In this document: positions 40,938 through 54,155 of the stretch, one piece after another
How positions within the stretch are numbered: the stretch's first letter is position 1
Layout: every line of letters begins with the position of its first letter
Assembly (NCBI GenBank): GCA_964016885.1
Contig: OZ024744.1
Location: 90,024,001 to 90,088,000 of the forward strand
Source: Eledone cirrhosa
Taxonomy: Eukaryota
Direction: 5' to 3'
DNA length: 64,000 nt
Notes under the pieces: model-generated
Told to the model about the DNA's origin: nothing
Database searches by the model: none
What the model saw: only the letters and a program-made list of their open reading frames with translations
Translations under genes and position numbers: made by a program

Positions 40938-41699
40938 ATGGCGACAAGACTACGGATGAACGAAGCTATCAGGGCATTCACCAGGGAAGGTGATGTTGTC
41001 GCTTGGCTGCGGAAGGTTCGGCTGGTCGCAAGCTTGCAGAAGATAGAGGACGTGGCCGGCCTCATGGCATTGTACCTCGAGGGCGACGCGTTGGTACTCT
41101 TCCTTGAGTTGGACGAGCACAGCCAAAGAGATGCGCAGAAGATTGAGAGGCGTCTGATGGATGCATTCGCCGAGGGACCGTTGGCGGCTTTTGCTAAGCT
41201 GGCGAGAATCAGGTGGAATGGTGAGCGCGTCGACATTTTCGCAGCGGAAATACGGCGGTTGGCTATGTTGGCCGGTTACCAGGCGGAATGCGAACGCACG
41301 GTGCGGTTGGCGTTCATCAATGGATTTCCGGACGACATAGCGGTGAAACTGCAGCAAGTCCCGGGTTATAAAGAGATGGAAATGCGTTCACTGGTGGAAC
41401 AAGCCCGGATCATAGCGGAAGATGCCAAAAAGAGTGTTGCGGCGATAGCAACTACGGAGGCTCAGGACACCTGGTAGCGAAATGGTGAATGGGAGGCAAC
41501 CTCGGCACGCGGCCGTCCGCGTGCGTTTAGAGGGCGCTGTTTTCGGTGCGAGGGCTCGCACATGGCTAGAGACTGTAGAGAGTCGAAGCCGGAGATAATT
41601 TGCTACCGGTGTAAGCGACCAGGCCACATCGCTACTAACTGCGACCAGGGAAACGATCCAAGGGGAACTACTGCGCCGGTAGTTGCCCCTTACGAGTAG
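40938..41699 (+). pseudogene. gag: Gypsy gag with premature TAG at 41475-41477
   Basis: The frame continues past the TAG into two zinc knuckles, CFRCEGSHMARDC and CYRCKRPGHIATNC. Confidence 0.85.
41648..41654 (+). promoter_or_regulatory. -1 ribosomal frameshift slippery site G GGA AAC
   Basis: In the gag frame; the -1 frame is open and in register with the protease ORF at 41711. Confidence 0.75.
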
Positions 41700-44520
41700 C
41701 GGCGCTGCCCGTGGTGGAAGTCTTCGTGAGGGGGAAGCCACAGCGAGCCCTCGTGGATACGGGCTGTACGACGACACTGGTGACCGCGGGGGTGGCGCAG
41801 AGGTGGGGAGGGAAGAGCAGCGTAAGGGCAGTCGACGGCAGGAAAATTGAATGCCGAGGTCGCAGCGAGATGGAAATAGCGGTACGGGGAAGGAGGATAA
41901 GGCTTTCCGCCATCGTAGTAGACAGTGTGGTGGATGGGATCGGCGTGGTTATGGGCATGGACGCGATTGGCCGTCTAGGGGGCGTCACGGTGAACAATGT
42001 CGGTGTGTCGTTTGGCGTCGCTGCATCGGTATGCGCTGTGAGTGCACGTCATGAGAACCAGAAGGCCGAGGAGGAATACCCCGCTTACACTGTACAGGAC
42101 AAAGACTTCAAGGCCGTGTTTGATGGGCAGCGATGGGTTGTTGAGTGGTACTGGAAGGGAGAACCACCAACACTGAAGACCAAAGTGGGCTGCTATCAAC
42201 ACACATTGAAGGGAAACGCTAGGAGCGAGTTCGAGCGAGAAGTAGAGAGATGGATCGAAGAGGGCATACTGCTTCCCTGGAAGGAGGAGGTGAAGTGCGG
42301 AGTATTGCCGTTGATGGCGGTGGTGCAACCCACGAAGAGCAAGGTGAGGCCGGTGCTGGACTATCGGGAGCTGAACGAGCACGTGTCATGCCACACGGGT
42401 GGCGAGGTCACGGATGTCTGTGGGGAAACCCTGCGTGAGTGGAGACGCATGACGGGGGGGTTCAGCGATCGTGGATCTAAAGTCGGCTTACTTGCAGTTG
42501 CATATAGATGAGAAGCTCTGGCGGTATCAGCTGGTCAGGTATAAGGGCCGGACATATTGCCTGACCAGGCTCGGTTTCGGGCTGAGCTCCGCACCGAAGA
42601 TCATGGCGGCGGTCCTCAAGACCGCTCTGGGGAGGGCCGACAAGATAAAGAGGGCTACTAACTCCTATATTGACGACATCCTAGTGGACGAGTCGGTGGT
42701 GTCGACGGCGGAGGTCACGAGCCATTTGCGGAGGTATGGACTGACTGCGAAGCCATCAGAAGCATTGGAGGGAGGAGCCGCGCTGGGACTTAGGCTATGG
42801 CGAGACAAGACGGGCGTTTTGGTGTTCCAGAGGCGAAACGAAGTTCCGGAACTGGGCCCAAGTATGAATAGGCGGGAGCTTTTCTCGGTGTGTGGAAAGC
42901 TGGTGGGTCACTACCCGATCGCTGGGTGGCTCCGGACGGCATGCAGCTGTGTCAAGAGACGAGCGGGAGGGGTGACTTGGAGTGACAGAGTGGGAGAGAG
43001 GACGGTGGCCATGATGCAGGAGATCGTGGGGAGGGTGAAGGCCGACGACCCAGTGCGGGGACGCTGGTACGTTCCCAAATCACAGAGCGGGACCGTATGG
43101 TGCGATGCCAGCAGCATAGCGCTGGGTGTCACGTTGGAGATAGGAGGTGTTGAGGTCGAGGATGCAGCCTGGCTTAGAAAGAAGGACGACTGCAGCCACA
43201 TCAATGTGGCCGAGCTGGACGCGGTGTTGAGAGGGGTGAACCTCGCCCTGCGGTGTGGGCTGCACACCATCGAGATACGCACCGACTCGGCTACTGTACT
43301 CGGATGGGTAAGATCAGTGCTCACCAGTGAGAAGAGAGTGCGAACGAGAGGCGCGGCGGAGATGCTGATAAAGCGCCGCCTGGGAACGTTAGGAGAGCTG
43401 GCCACCGAGTTCGACCTGAAGCTGAGCGTAGTGTTCGTGCCCTCAGAGAAAAATAGGGCGGACATCTTAACTAGAGTGAAGAACGCCTGGATGGAAGCGC
43501 CGGAGGAGGTAGAGGATGAGATAGCTGCCGTGTGTCGGCTGACCGAGTTAGACGTGAAGGGGTTGCATGACATGCACCACATGGGGGTGGATAGGAGCCT
43601 GTTCCTAGCCAGGAGAATCGACTCGGACGTTAGCAGACACAGTGTTCGGGAGTGGTTAGAGGCTGCGTCCGATGTCAGTCCATTGATCCCGCCCCGGTGT
43701 ACACGAAACGGGAAGCCTCCCGATGGATCGCGACTGGAAGCGATTAGCGGTGGATGTGACGCACTACCGGCAGGGAACGTACCTCTCGATGGTCGACTGT
43801 GGACCAGGTCGAATGGCGATATGGAGGGAGATGAGGACTGGAACGGCCGAGGAAATCGTGCGGACGTGGAGAGAGGTGTTCTTGGAGCGGGGCCCTGTGG
43901 ACGAACTGCTGATGGACAACAGCGCAGCGCTCCGCTCGGAGGCACTGAGGGAGATGCTCGATGGATGGAAGGTGGACCGTTTCTTCAGAGCGGCGCACAG
44001 GCCGAGCGGGAATGGAATCGTGGAGCGACACCACCGGACGATCAAGGCAATGGCGGAGCGTGGCCATATCTCACCAATGGAGGCAGTGTTCTGGTACAAT
44101 ATGTCCCCTCGGGTTGGACAGATCGAGGAATCGGTGCCACACAGAGCAGTATTCAAATACGAGTGGCGGCACCCGTGCACGCCACCACAACGGCCAGTGG
44201 GGAGAGAGAGTGCATTCGTGCAGGTGGGCGAAGAAGTCTGGGTTAAGCCCCCAGATGCAGGTTGCACATTTCAATGGGGAAGGGGAACGGTGACGGCCGT
44301 AAATTCAAAGAACAATGTGTCCGTGGACGGGGTACCACGTCATGTCCTGGATGTAAGAAGAATCACTGTGTCGACGGACTCCGAGGAAGAGGAAACCCAA
44401 GATGAGGTGGAAACCCAGAGCTCTGCCCCAATACTACGAAGATCGCAACGAAGTCGTAGACCACCGACCTGGACAGCAGACTTTCATATGCAGAGGGACG
44501 AGGGGGAAATTGATCCTTGA
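41648..44520 (+). pseudogene. pol: Gypsy pol (PR-RT-RNase H-IN) with two frameshifts
   Basis: ALVDTGC; DLKSAY..YIDD; CDAS..ELDA..TDS..NRAD; integrase LAVD..DN..NGIVER; frameshifts near 42455 and 43655. Confidence 0.9.
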
Positions 44521-44533
44521 GATCAGGGGGGCG

Positions 44534-44853
44534 TGTGGGTATGGTGTGGCGTGCGGTGACCGGAGGCGGGGGAGTGCTCGACCGGAAGGGTGTGTGGCGT
44601 GCGGTGGCCGGAGGCGGGGGAGTGCTCGACCGGAAGGGTGTTTTGACCGGAAGGATGCTCGACCGGAAGGATGCTCGACCGGAAGGGCCAGCAGAGGGCC
44701 TCTCTCTAGTGGTGACCAGCAAACGGTGTGGACGCGAGTTTTGGGCAGCTCCCGGTGTTAAGCAGTTGGACGCACGTGGAAGAGGAGTAACCTGCAGTGG
44801 AATTTAGCGGCGCCTGTGAAAAGCGGTAAGTGAGATAGCTTTTTCTAACCACA
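44534..44853 (+). repeat. 3' LTR (320 bp)
   Basis: Extra 16-bp repeat and about 3 substitutions relative to the 5' LTR. Confidence 0.93.
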
Positions 44854-47800
44854 TGTGACACCACGTGTACCATCCGAGTCTACCTCGATAATGATAATCA
44901 AAAGTATAAACAATTGAAAATTTCCCTCAACGAATCCTTCCAGAGAGAAATTAATTCATTATAAATATCTCTCTGGCTGAACGTGTTAAAATGACAATGT
45001 TGAATAAAAAAACAAATAATGAAATATTACGTGTTATTGACGAAATAGGGGATGAATATTTACGACGGATAAAAACCCCAACATTTTGGCAAATCAACGC
45101 CTGTTTATATGTCATAGCAACGCTAGTGAAGCATTATCTTGGTGATAGCAGAGATATTAACAAGAACAGAACACCACCAAAAATACCATCATATATAATT
45201 AAAATAGAAAAAAGATTGCTGACCTACGAAAAACCATAGGATATGTGACAATGCTCCTTACATGCAAACAAACACACAAAAAACCTCACTCCTCACCAAC
45301 AAAGAGTGAAAAATAAAATAGAGACGATGTTTGGTAACAGTAGAACCAGAACTCTCCAATATAAGCTGATCACCCTCAAACAAGAATTGAGAGCTGTTAG
45401 CGAAAAACGCCGATACCTGAAGAAGGTAGATGAGAGAAAAGTGCTTTATAAAAGATTCAGACGAAACCAAACATCAGTCTATAGAGATATGAAGGGCAAA
45501 ATAATAAGTGTCACTGAGGCCCCATCCCAGAAAGGCATAGATTCCTTTTGGAGAAAAATATGGGGTAAAAAGAAGAATTTCAACCAAGATGCAGTGTGGC
45601 TAAGAGAAATCCGAAAGAACTATTGCTCCTACACTACAACAAAAACATACGAAATAAGTGAGGGTACGCTTCAGACTGTGATAGGAGAACTCCAAGATAA
45701 GAAAACACCAGGAAGAGACATGATTGTCGGCTACTGGTACAAAAAACTGATATTCTATCGGAGGTGTCTTACTGACCTCTACCAACAAGTTCTTAAGGGA
45801 GATACACTTATACCAGAATGGTTGACATTAGCACAAACATTACTGGTCCCCATGAACAAAGACACCCACTTGGCAAAATACTATCGACCCATTGCATGAC
45901 AGAACCTGATGTATAAGATGTATACAACCTGCCTGAACCTATTCCTCCAAGATCACTGTGAAATTAATAACGTCATCACAGATGAACAAGCAGCTGGAAA
46001 GAAAGGGGTTTGGGGATGTGCTGAACAACTCCTAATCAACAAAACTGCGATATCGGAGGTGCGACAACTTAGGAGGAATATGACTACAGTCTGGCTGGAC
46101 TACAGGAAAGCTTTCGATTCTGTTCCCCACTCTTGGATGATAGAGGCCCTCCAACTTGCTAAAGTCCCAGACATTATTGTCAGAGCCATAGAGGGGCTGT
46201 CTTCTTCTTTGGGCTACTATCCTAAGGTTAAAGACAGAGAGGGAGGACTCTATTTTCACTGATAAAATAAAATATTGCAGGGGTATATTTCAGGGGGACA
46301 GTCTCTCTGTGATATTGTTCATCTTGTCATTAAACCCATTGTCCTTTCTGCTCAAGAAATGTGAGGGATACGTCATTGGCTCACAGGAGGACAGAAATAC
46401 GAACCTAACCCATAATTTCTTTGTGGACGATCTAAAACTCTATGCCAAGAACATGGATGGGATGAAGAAAAATCTTGACCTGGTTACAACGTTCTCAAAG
46501 GATATAGGAATGGAATTTGGCCAAGATAAATGCTCATACATGACTGTAAAGCGGAGAAAAACAACAACCCAATCTAGCAACATTGTCATAAATGGCCTAA
46601 CTGTTTCACCGATATCTGATGAGGACTGCTACAGATACCTGGGGATAGATGAGAACATATCCTATAATGGTATCTGTAATAAAGAACGCGAAACCAGGGA
46701 ATACTACACCCGATTAAGAAAGATCTGGTCATCGGAACTCTCTGCGCAAAACAAAACAGTGGCTCACAATGTGTTTGCTGTGTCTGTCCTAACACCAACG
46801 TTTGGAATACTCAATTGGACGATAGACGAAATCCGAGCAGTTGATGTTGTAACTCGAAAAATACTGAACCGGAAAAATACTGAACCGGAAACTTCCACAT
46901 CAACAGTGACATAGACCGCCTTTACTTGAAACGTAAGTAGAGGGGCAGAGGCCTAACATCAGTCCAGACAACATTTGAATGTCGCATCATATCTCTCCGA
47001 CAACATCTACGAACCTCGAATCGTAGCAGCCCGTTTCTCGAGCAAGTCTATCTGCATGAAACAGATAAGATCATGAGAGTTGGGAAGGAACTCCTTGAGA
47101 GATATTCCCTGTGTGATAATCAAAAACTCACACGCAGGGGTGTCGCTCAGCAGTATCGCAGTGAATCCATGGATGAAAAACTGCATGCCTATCAGCAAAA
47201 TATCATGCATGGATGTTGCCAGGAAGCTCCAGACTGAGAGTAATATAGATAAGGAAAGTAGTCTATCTTGGACCAACAACCGCTATATTGGCTCCCACTT
47301 TGAAGGATACGCTTTTGCAATCCAGGAACAAGAGATTAGCATGAAATACCTGATTCACAAAAGAGATAGGGATGCAGGCAAAACACCTAGATGTGATAAC
47401 AAGTGCAGACTCTGCAGAACTAACATCGAGGATATCATCCATGTCATCAGCAGCTGTCCAAAGATGTCATCGCGGTACTATCTACCTATCAGGCATGATG
47501 TAGTGGCCAAAACACTGTACAATGCAGTTCGTAAAAGCTACAACAATGTGGAAGACATCCATGTACATAATATGAAAGAGTACTGGTGGAATGTTCCAGT
47601 AAAAACCCCAATAAAATGCAGGCATAACAGACCAGATATTATGATATGGGACAGGGAGAAGAAAACATGCACAGAAGTGGAAATTAACTGCCGAGCAGAT
47701 GCCAATATAATATCAAAGATTAGTGAAAAGTAGAGTATTTATGCAGAACTGATGAGAAATCTGCAGATACTCCACCCTGATTAAACCTTCAGATTTATGC

Positions 47801-48875
47801 CTGTGATTATTGGGGCACTGGGGTATGTTAGTAACTGCCTCAATACAACTAATTAGGAAATTACAAGTACAATCCATTAATGGAACAGTAAAAATATGTA
47901 AAACATTCCAAAGATTTTGCATCTAATAACTGCATATACTCATGCACACATACAACTCAAAATATACACATCCACACATACAATAACATCCATATCTACA
48001 CATGCATGCATACATACATATCTACCTAGTTGATGTGTAAATTCCAATGAGAGAGTCTTGTGTCTATGTTAGAAACCGACTCTTTCTCTATTGGTAAAAC
48101 TTTTGAAATTATAAAACCAGAAGAACATACATACATACATACATATACATTGAGGAACCTATGTGGGGATAATCACCTGCAAGAAATAGCATCTTTTATA
48201 GATGGGAAATGAACAATTTACAGTGAGTGAAAATAAAGTACAGAACTTACATATTTTTTTGTTCACTATATGCAAAGCAAAATAACTAAAAAAAAACAGG
48301 GCTTTTTTCCTTTGTACAGTTATGTAAGAAATACATAAATTGAAGATTAGAATTAAAATTGGGTCATTGCAGACCTACCAACCTGTAAAAACCCAAACGG
48401 GGAGAACCATGAAAAAAAGTGCCCTAAAACGTGAAGAAATGAAGCAAACTGGGCAGATTTTACATAATGAAAGCTATACCCATTTTCGCAACAGAAGACA
48501 TCTCTCACCTACTCCAAAGTGGGTGGGAGATCTCCGCGTCGGACAGGGAGAGTTGGCAGGTCTGTCACTGTATAATGTTTCCTTCCAACAGATGCTCTTT
48601 TAAATAATTGATATACGTAATTCCAGTTTATTCAGCTGAAAATGAATACAAGCAGCAACTGAGGGGTTAACCTTGCATTAGGCTAGCATCCTATCCATGG
48701 AAAAGTCTTGTTCTCTGAATCGTTAATGCCAATGAAACCGCTAACAGCTCCAAACTGGTCAGCTTCCACATCTTTTCTAGAATATAATATGCACCATGAT
48801 AGAGTAAATACAGAAATATGGAGTAATAGTTATGTAAGAAATACATAAATTGAAGATTAGAGTTCGCTAGTTTTA

Positions 48876-49088
48876 GTGAAGGCGCGTGGCTGGTTGAATT
48901 GGACACTCAATCGTGAGGTTGTGAGTTCGATTCCCGGACCGGGTGATGCCTTATGTCCTTGTGTAAGACACTTTATTTCACGTTGCTCCTTCTACCTGGA
49001 ATTGCGACCAATAGAAAGTATTAGCAATTGAAAAGACCAATGGACACATTGTTTCCTCGGTCCGATTTAACGAAAGTCAATCGACTGT
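48876..49088 (+). mobile_element. tRNA-derived CORE-like SINE
   Basis: Close homologue of 2127-2338; B box gttcgattcc. Confidence 0.8.
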
Positions 49089-49249
49089 CTGTAAAATTAG
49101 AAAGTCTAAAGAAAAATTTGAATGAATTCAATTTCTTTGTAGAGTGAACAATTTAACGTTTCAGAAATTTCTATTTTTTCTGGGAAGCGGGAAGAGACCA
49201 GAGTGGTGACAAATAAATGAAGTAAAAGTAATATGAGGAAGAATAACAA

Positions 49250-49725
49250 GTGAGAGAGGGGGCGAGAGAGGGAGAGAGAAGGGGAGCGAGAGAAAGAGGG
49301 GCGCTGTGAGAGAGAGAGAGAAAGGGGCTGCGAGAGAGAAAAGGACTGCGAGAGAGAGGGGGCAGCGAAAGATGGAGGGGTGCGCGAGAGAGATGGGAGA
49401 GAGAGAGAAATAGGGGATGCGCGAGAGAGATGGGAGTGGGAGAGAGAGAGGGGGTGCGCGAGAGATATGGGAGTGAGAGAGAGAGAGAGGGGGTGCGCGA
49501 GAAAGATGGGAGTGAGAGGGGGAGAGAGGGGTGAGAAAAGGAGAGGGGACGAGAGAGGGGGCGAGAAAGATGGGAGTGAGAGAGGGAGAGGAGGTGAGAA
49601 AAAGAGAGGGTGCGAGAGAGAGAGAGAGGGGGTGCGCGAGAAAGATGGGAGTGAGAGAGGGAGAGGGGTGAGAAAAAGAGAGGGTGCGAGAGAGAGAGAG
49701 GGGGAGGGGGAATATGAGGGGGATC
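49250..49725. repeat. GA-rich degenerate minisatellite / low-complexity tract
   Basis: Recurrent ggggtgcgcgag..agatgggagtgagag units. Confidence 0.85.
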
Positions 49726-50046
49726 AGAAGTCTAAGCTGGAGGTGAATGATGGTAAGGCAAATCAAAAATGGAAAAAACGAAGTAGAAAGGACTAAGACA
49801 TCAAGTAAAATAAAATGGAGAGATGAGAAGAAAAATCTAAGGCATTAAGAGATAAATAGCAATGGTTCCTAAAACGTAAAGTAAAAGCAGATCCCGTAGA
49901 ACATTCTAAGTTAAAGACATTGATAGATTATATATTTTTTTATTTATAGAGGAGGAGGAGATGAGGGGATCAGAATCAAGATGAATGAAGTTAAAGAAAG
50001 CTAAGAATCGAACAGGGGGGAGTTTAGAAACATCTCATATCTTCAA

Positions 50047-50257
50047 CCCTTTAGCATTTAAACCGGCCAGAATTCTCTCCCCTCTTTCTGTTCAAACTGG
50101 CTGTAACTGGCCACTCATACTGATGTTAAGGTATTGTTCTAAAAATAAATAATATCAAAATCTCATAGATTCGATATTATGTGAGATAATTATGTGAGGT
50201 AAAACCTTTACTGTGAAAATACAATAGTAAATATAGAGTAATGTAAATGGTAAAGGG
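50047..50257. mobile_element. piggyBac-like MITE
   Basis: (tcaa)CCCTTTA...TAAAGGG(ttaa) termini. Confidence 0.55.
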
Positions 50258-50347
50258 TTAAGGAATACAACTGACTCCTTTAGTGTTCTATAATCTCGTG
50301 TCTAATCCGAACATGTCACCCACCCACGAGTTTTTTTTTTAAATTGC

Positions 50348-51380
50348 AGTGTATCGTGCATGTGTACTGACATCCCTTCTTTACTCATGTAAAACATGGA
50401 ACCTACATCAAACATGGATCCTCCGTCAGACATGGAACCTACATCAAACATGGAACCTACATCAAACAGGGATCCTACATCAAACAGGGATCCTACATCA
50501 AACATGGATCCTCCGTCAGACATGGAACCTACATCAAACATGGAACCTACATCAAACAGGGATCCTACATCAAACATGGAACCTACATCAAACAGGGATC
50601 CTACATCAAACATGGAACCTACATCAAACATGGAACCTACATCAAACAGGGATCCTACATCAAACAGGGATCCTACATCAAACAGGGATCCTACGTCAAA
50701 CATGGATCCTACATCAAACATGGATCCTACGTCAAACATAGATCCTACATCAAACATGGATCCTCCATCGAACATGGATCTCCCATCAAACATGTATTTT
50801 ACATCAAACATGGATATAACATCAAATATAGATCTTACATCAAACATGGATCCTACATCAAACATGGATCCTACGTCAAACATAGATCTCCCATCAAACA
50901 TGGATCCTCTATCAAACATGGATCCTCCATCAAACATGGATCTCCCATCAAACATGGATCCTCCATCAAACATGTATTTTACATCAAACATGGATATAAC
51001 ATCAAATATAGATCTTACATCAAATATAGATCCTACATCAAACATGGATCCTACATCATACATGGATCTTCCATCAAACATGGATCCTACGTCAAACATA
51101 GATCTCCCATCAAACATGGATCCTCTATCAAACATGAATCCTCCATCAAACATGGATATAACATCAAACATGGATATAACATCAAACATGGATTTACATC
51201 AAACATAGATCCTCTATCAAACATGGATCCTCTATCAAACATAGATCCTCCATCAAACATGGATCCTCTATCAAACATGGATCCATCATGTAAAGGTCCT
51301 TTCATCAGCGTGTTTTAAAACATATTCTGTTAGCTAGTCCACATGAACTCCAGACACATATTTTTTCCGGTGGACCAGAC
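50348..51380 (+). mobile_element. RTE LINE fragment interrupted by a minisatellite
   Basis: YRACVLTSLLYSCKTW before the array; FHQR-like sequence resumes after it. Confidence 0.7.
50392..51285. repeat. 18-bp minisatellite (AAACATGGATCCTACATC), about 49 units
   Basis: Contiguous units without spacers; variant blocks recur 180 bp apart. Confidence 0.95.
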
Positions 51381-52241
51381 ACCTTGTATGAATAAGTAGT
51401 AAGAGGACACTGAAATAGATATTTTGTGGTGACTTCATATATAGAAAGCACTCCTGACACAAACCAAATCCGTGGTTTAAGAACTGTAAATTCCTCCTTG
51501 AAAGCATTTGAAATAATTAGAGACAACTGGAGAAAGATATGCTTTTCATCATCACTAATGAGAAAATGAATAGAGGATGGTGCAGATGTAATGTTATGTT
51601 TGCGTGTGGTTGTTCTTGGTGTAGTAGAAGAGCGAATGGTGATGATGATGTGTGTTGGTTGTAGATAATTGCCATAGGTAACCAATGTGTACATCTATGG
51701 GAAAGCGAATGTGTTTTATCCGTGGGGAAAGTGATTTCCCCGATCACACAACTAGGTTTATGGAAGAAGCACTTAAACGCCCATTACTTTTATATAAGAT
51801 TTATTGTGAAGTATTTCACGACGGAAACATATGAAAGCCGAAGGATATGAACAACAAACAACGAGGAAAGAATTTGTGTTGCACAAGGAATGTCCCGTGC
51901 ATATTGTAAGTGAGCTGCACGAAAATGCACAGTTTGTGAATTGGATGGAGTAACTCTGGTTGTATGTGTCCTTCCATGGTTGTTCATATTAGTCACCAAC
52001 GAATTTTTAAGGCCAAACAAAAATTTGACTACAGTTAATTCATGACAATAGATAATGTAACACGCTGGTCATGTGGGAAGATCAACATATTTATTGGTGA
52101 ATTTTTAAAAAAATGCTTTATGTGGCTTTAAGTCGTACGTGCTTAGGTTGGTTTAAGTAATGGAGAGCGCAATTGAAAGGAAACGTCGTTTAGCGTGAGA
52201 AATTCAGACTCTTTTTTTATATATAGTTGATACTACAATTA

Positions 52242-52273
52242 GCCGTCATTTTTTGACGGTACAGGGCCAGCTA

Positions 52274-52275
<2 letters not shown>
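52242..52275 (+). mobile_element. Possible Helitron 3' end
   Basis: Hairpin GCCGTCA ttttt TGACGGT lies 10 nt upstream of CTAG|T. Confidence 0.5.
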
Positions 52276-52307
<32 letters not shown>

Positions 52308-52540
52308 AAATTATTGTGTACAGTGCCCAGATGCACTACAACTATCAAATGTGTATGTATAGTACATAGAATAATGTACAAATGTCAGGAAAGTGAACAG
52401 TGTATGAGTCAAGATATACACACAGACACACATACATGCGTGTGTATGGAGGGGGAATATCAGATGTAGTGTTGGCGAATTTCAGGAAGTATGGAGGCTT
52501 TGAACGATGCAGTATCCTGACAGCTAACCACTGATGCACG
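52276..52540 (-). mobile_element. CR1-like LINE 3' end with (ATT)n tail
   Basis: Reverse complement encodes ASVVSCQDTASFK, resembling the CR1 ORF2 C-terminus. Confidence 0.55.
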
Positions 52541-52607
52541 TACTTTGTACATATGCAGCGTTGTTTGTAAGCCACAACAGTCGAAAACAAGATTCTTTTT
52601 TTAAATA

Positions 52608-52793
52608 ATTGTTTCTACTTTTGGCACAAAGCCAGCAATTATCCCAGTGAATTACTGGTACTTTATTTTATCGACCCCGTAAGGATGAAGGCAAAGTTAA
52701 CATCGGCGGGATTTTAACTCAGACCGAAAAGGGCCGTAACTCTATGCTGCAAAGCATGGCGTCTCACTCTAACGATACTGCCAATCCACCGCC
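52608..52793 (-). mobile_element. SINE family 2
   Basis: Homologous to 59845-60032. Confidence 0.8.
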
Positions 52794-53079
52794 GTTTTTT
52801 TTTAAATAATAATTGATGGTCTTCTTCGAACACGAGTAGACATCTAACATATAGGATGGGGTTCCGTACATTTTCCGTCTGCTAAGTTGGTCAACTCTAG
52901 ATTATAGTATAAGGTACTTGTCCGAGGCATCATACAGTAGGCCTGAACCTGATACCATGTGGTCGCAAAGCGAACTCTTTAATCATAAAACGCCATATCG
53001 ACATCTCTACATTTATGTATGTGAAAGAGAGAGAGAGACAGACAGATAGAAAGAGACAGAGACAGAGAGAGAGAGAGAG

Positions 53080-53125
<46 letters not shown>

Positions 53126-53151
53126 CGTGTGTGTGTGTGTGCGTGCGTGTG

Positions 53152-53247
<96 letters not shown>

Positions 53248-53892
53248 CATATATATTCTGTTGGTGGTTTTAGTTAGTCATTACATAGTAACAATAGCAG
53301 AGCACTGCCTTCAATATTTCTAGTTATTTCCCTTTATGTAGATGAATGATCCAGTGTACTTCGAGTTGCTTCTTTATTACGAAGTTATTTCCCTTGTACA
53401 AGAGTTACTTCCCTTGTAAGAGAAACAACATCGGCCCCGCATCTTCGGTAATAGAAGGTACTCGAGCCTCAGCATACTGCCTGGCAGCCCGACCTGATAG
53501 CAGTTTCATCTCCACCACCATTATCAAGCGGAAGGCAACGACAACAACAGTGACATTAACATCAATAACACAAATGTGTATACATCAACATCTCACCAGC
53601 AATCTTCACCATTAACAAGAGGAAGGCAACGACGGCAGCAGTGAAATTAACAACAACAACTCTACTATCAACAAGAGGAAGCCAACCCCAGCATCGGTGA
53701 CTCACCTCCAGCCACAAGATCCTATGACAAAATGCTGAGTTGCTTTACGCGATTTACTTGTCCCAATAGCTTTATTTAGCTATTGCTCGCACCAACTGGA
53801 GGTATATGATTTTTAAAGCGATGATATACCAATAAAGGTTGGAAAGTCTCTGATGAAGGACTATTTTTATCATATGTAACCCATGTGCAACC

Positions 53893-53990
<98 letters not shown>

Positions 53991-54155
53991 CATATATATA
54001 CATATACATACATACATACATATATATATATATATACATATACACATATATACATATACATACATATATATATATACATACATATACATACATATATATA
54101 TATATACATATATACACATACACATATATATACATATATATACATACACATATAT

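Larger units (their letters stand above)
40568..44853 (+). mobile_element. Full-length Ty3/Gypsy LTR retrotransposon
   Basis: TGTGG..CCACA LTRs; 5-bp TSD TGTGA (40563-40567 and 44854-44858; single in the empty site of copy 1); PPT aggggggcg; domain order gag-PR-RT-RH-IN. Confidence 0.95.
40119..48125 (+). mobile_element. R4/Dong-like RLE non-LTR retrotransposon, copy 2 (5'-truncated, split by Gypsy)
   Basis: High identity to copy 1; retains GIFQGDSLS and HNFFVDDLKLY, YRYLG; several frameshifts and stops; (TACA)n flanks. Confidence 0.88.

Noticed and set aside
42911-44267. Long antisense ORFs within the Gypsy element
   Set aside because: Shadow frames of GC-rich pol sequence with no recognisable motifs.
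50302-51208. MFDVGS / MDPTSN repeat proteins, or a CRISPR-like array
   Set aside because: Contiguous 18-bp minisatellite without unique spacers, inside a LINE remnant; no cas genes and a eukaryotic context.
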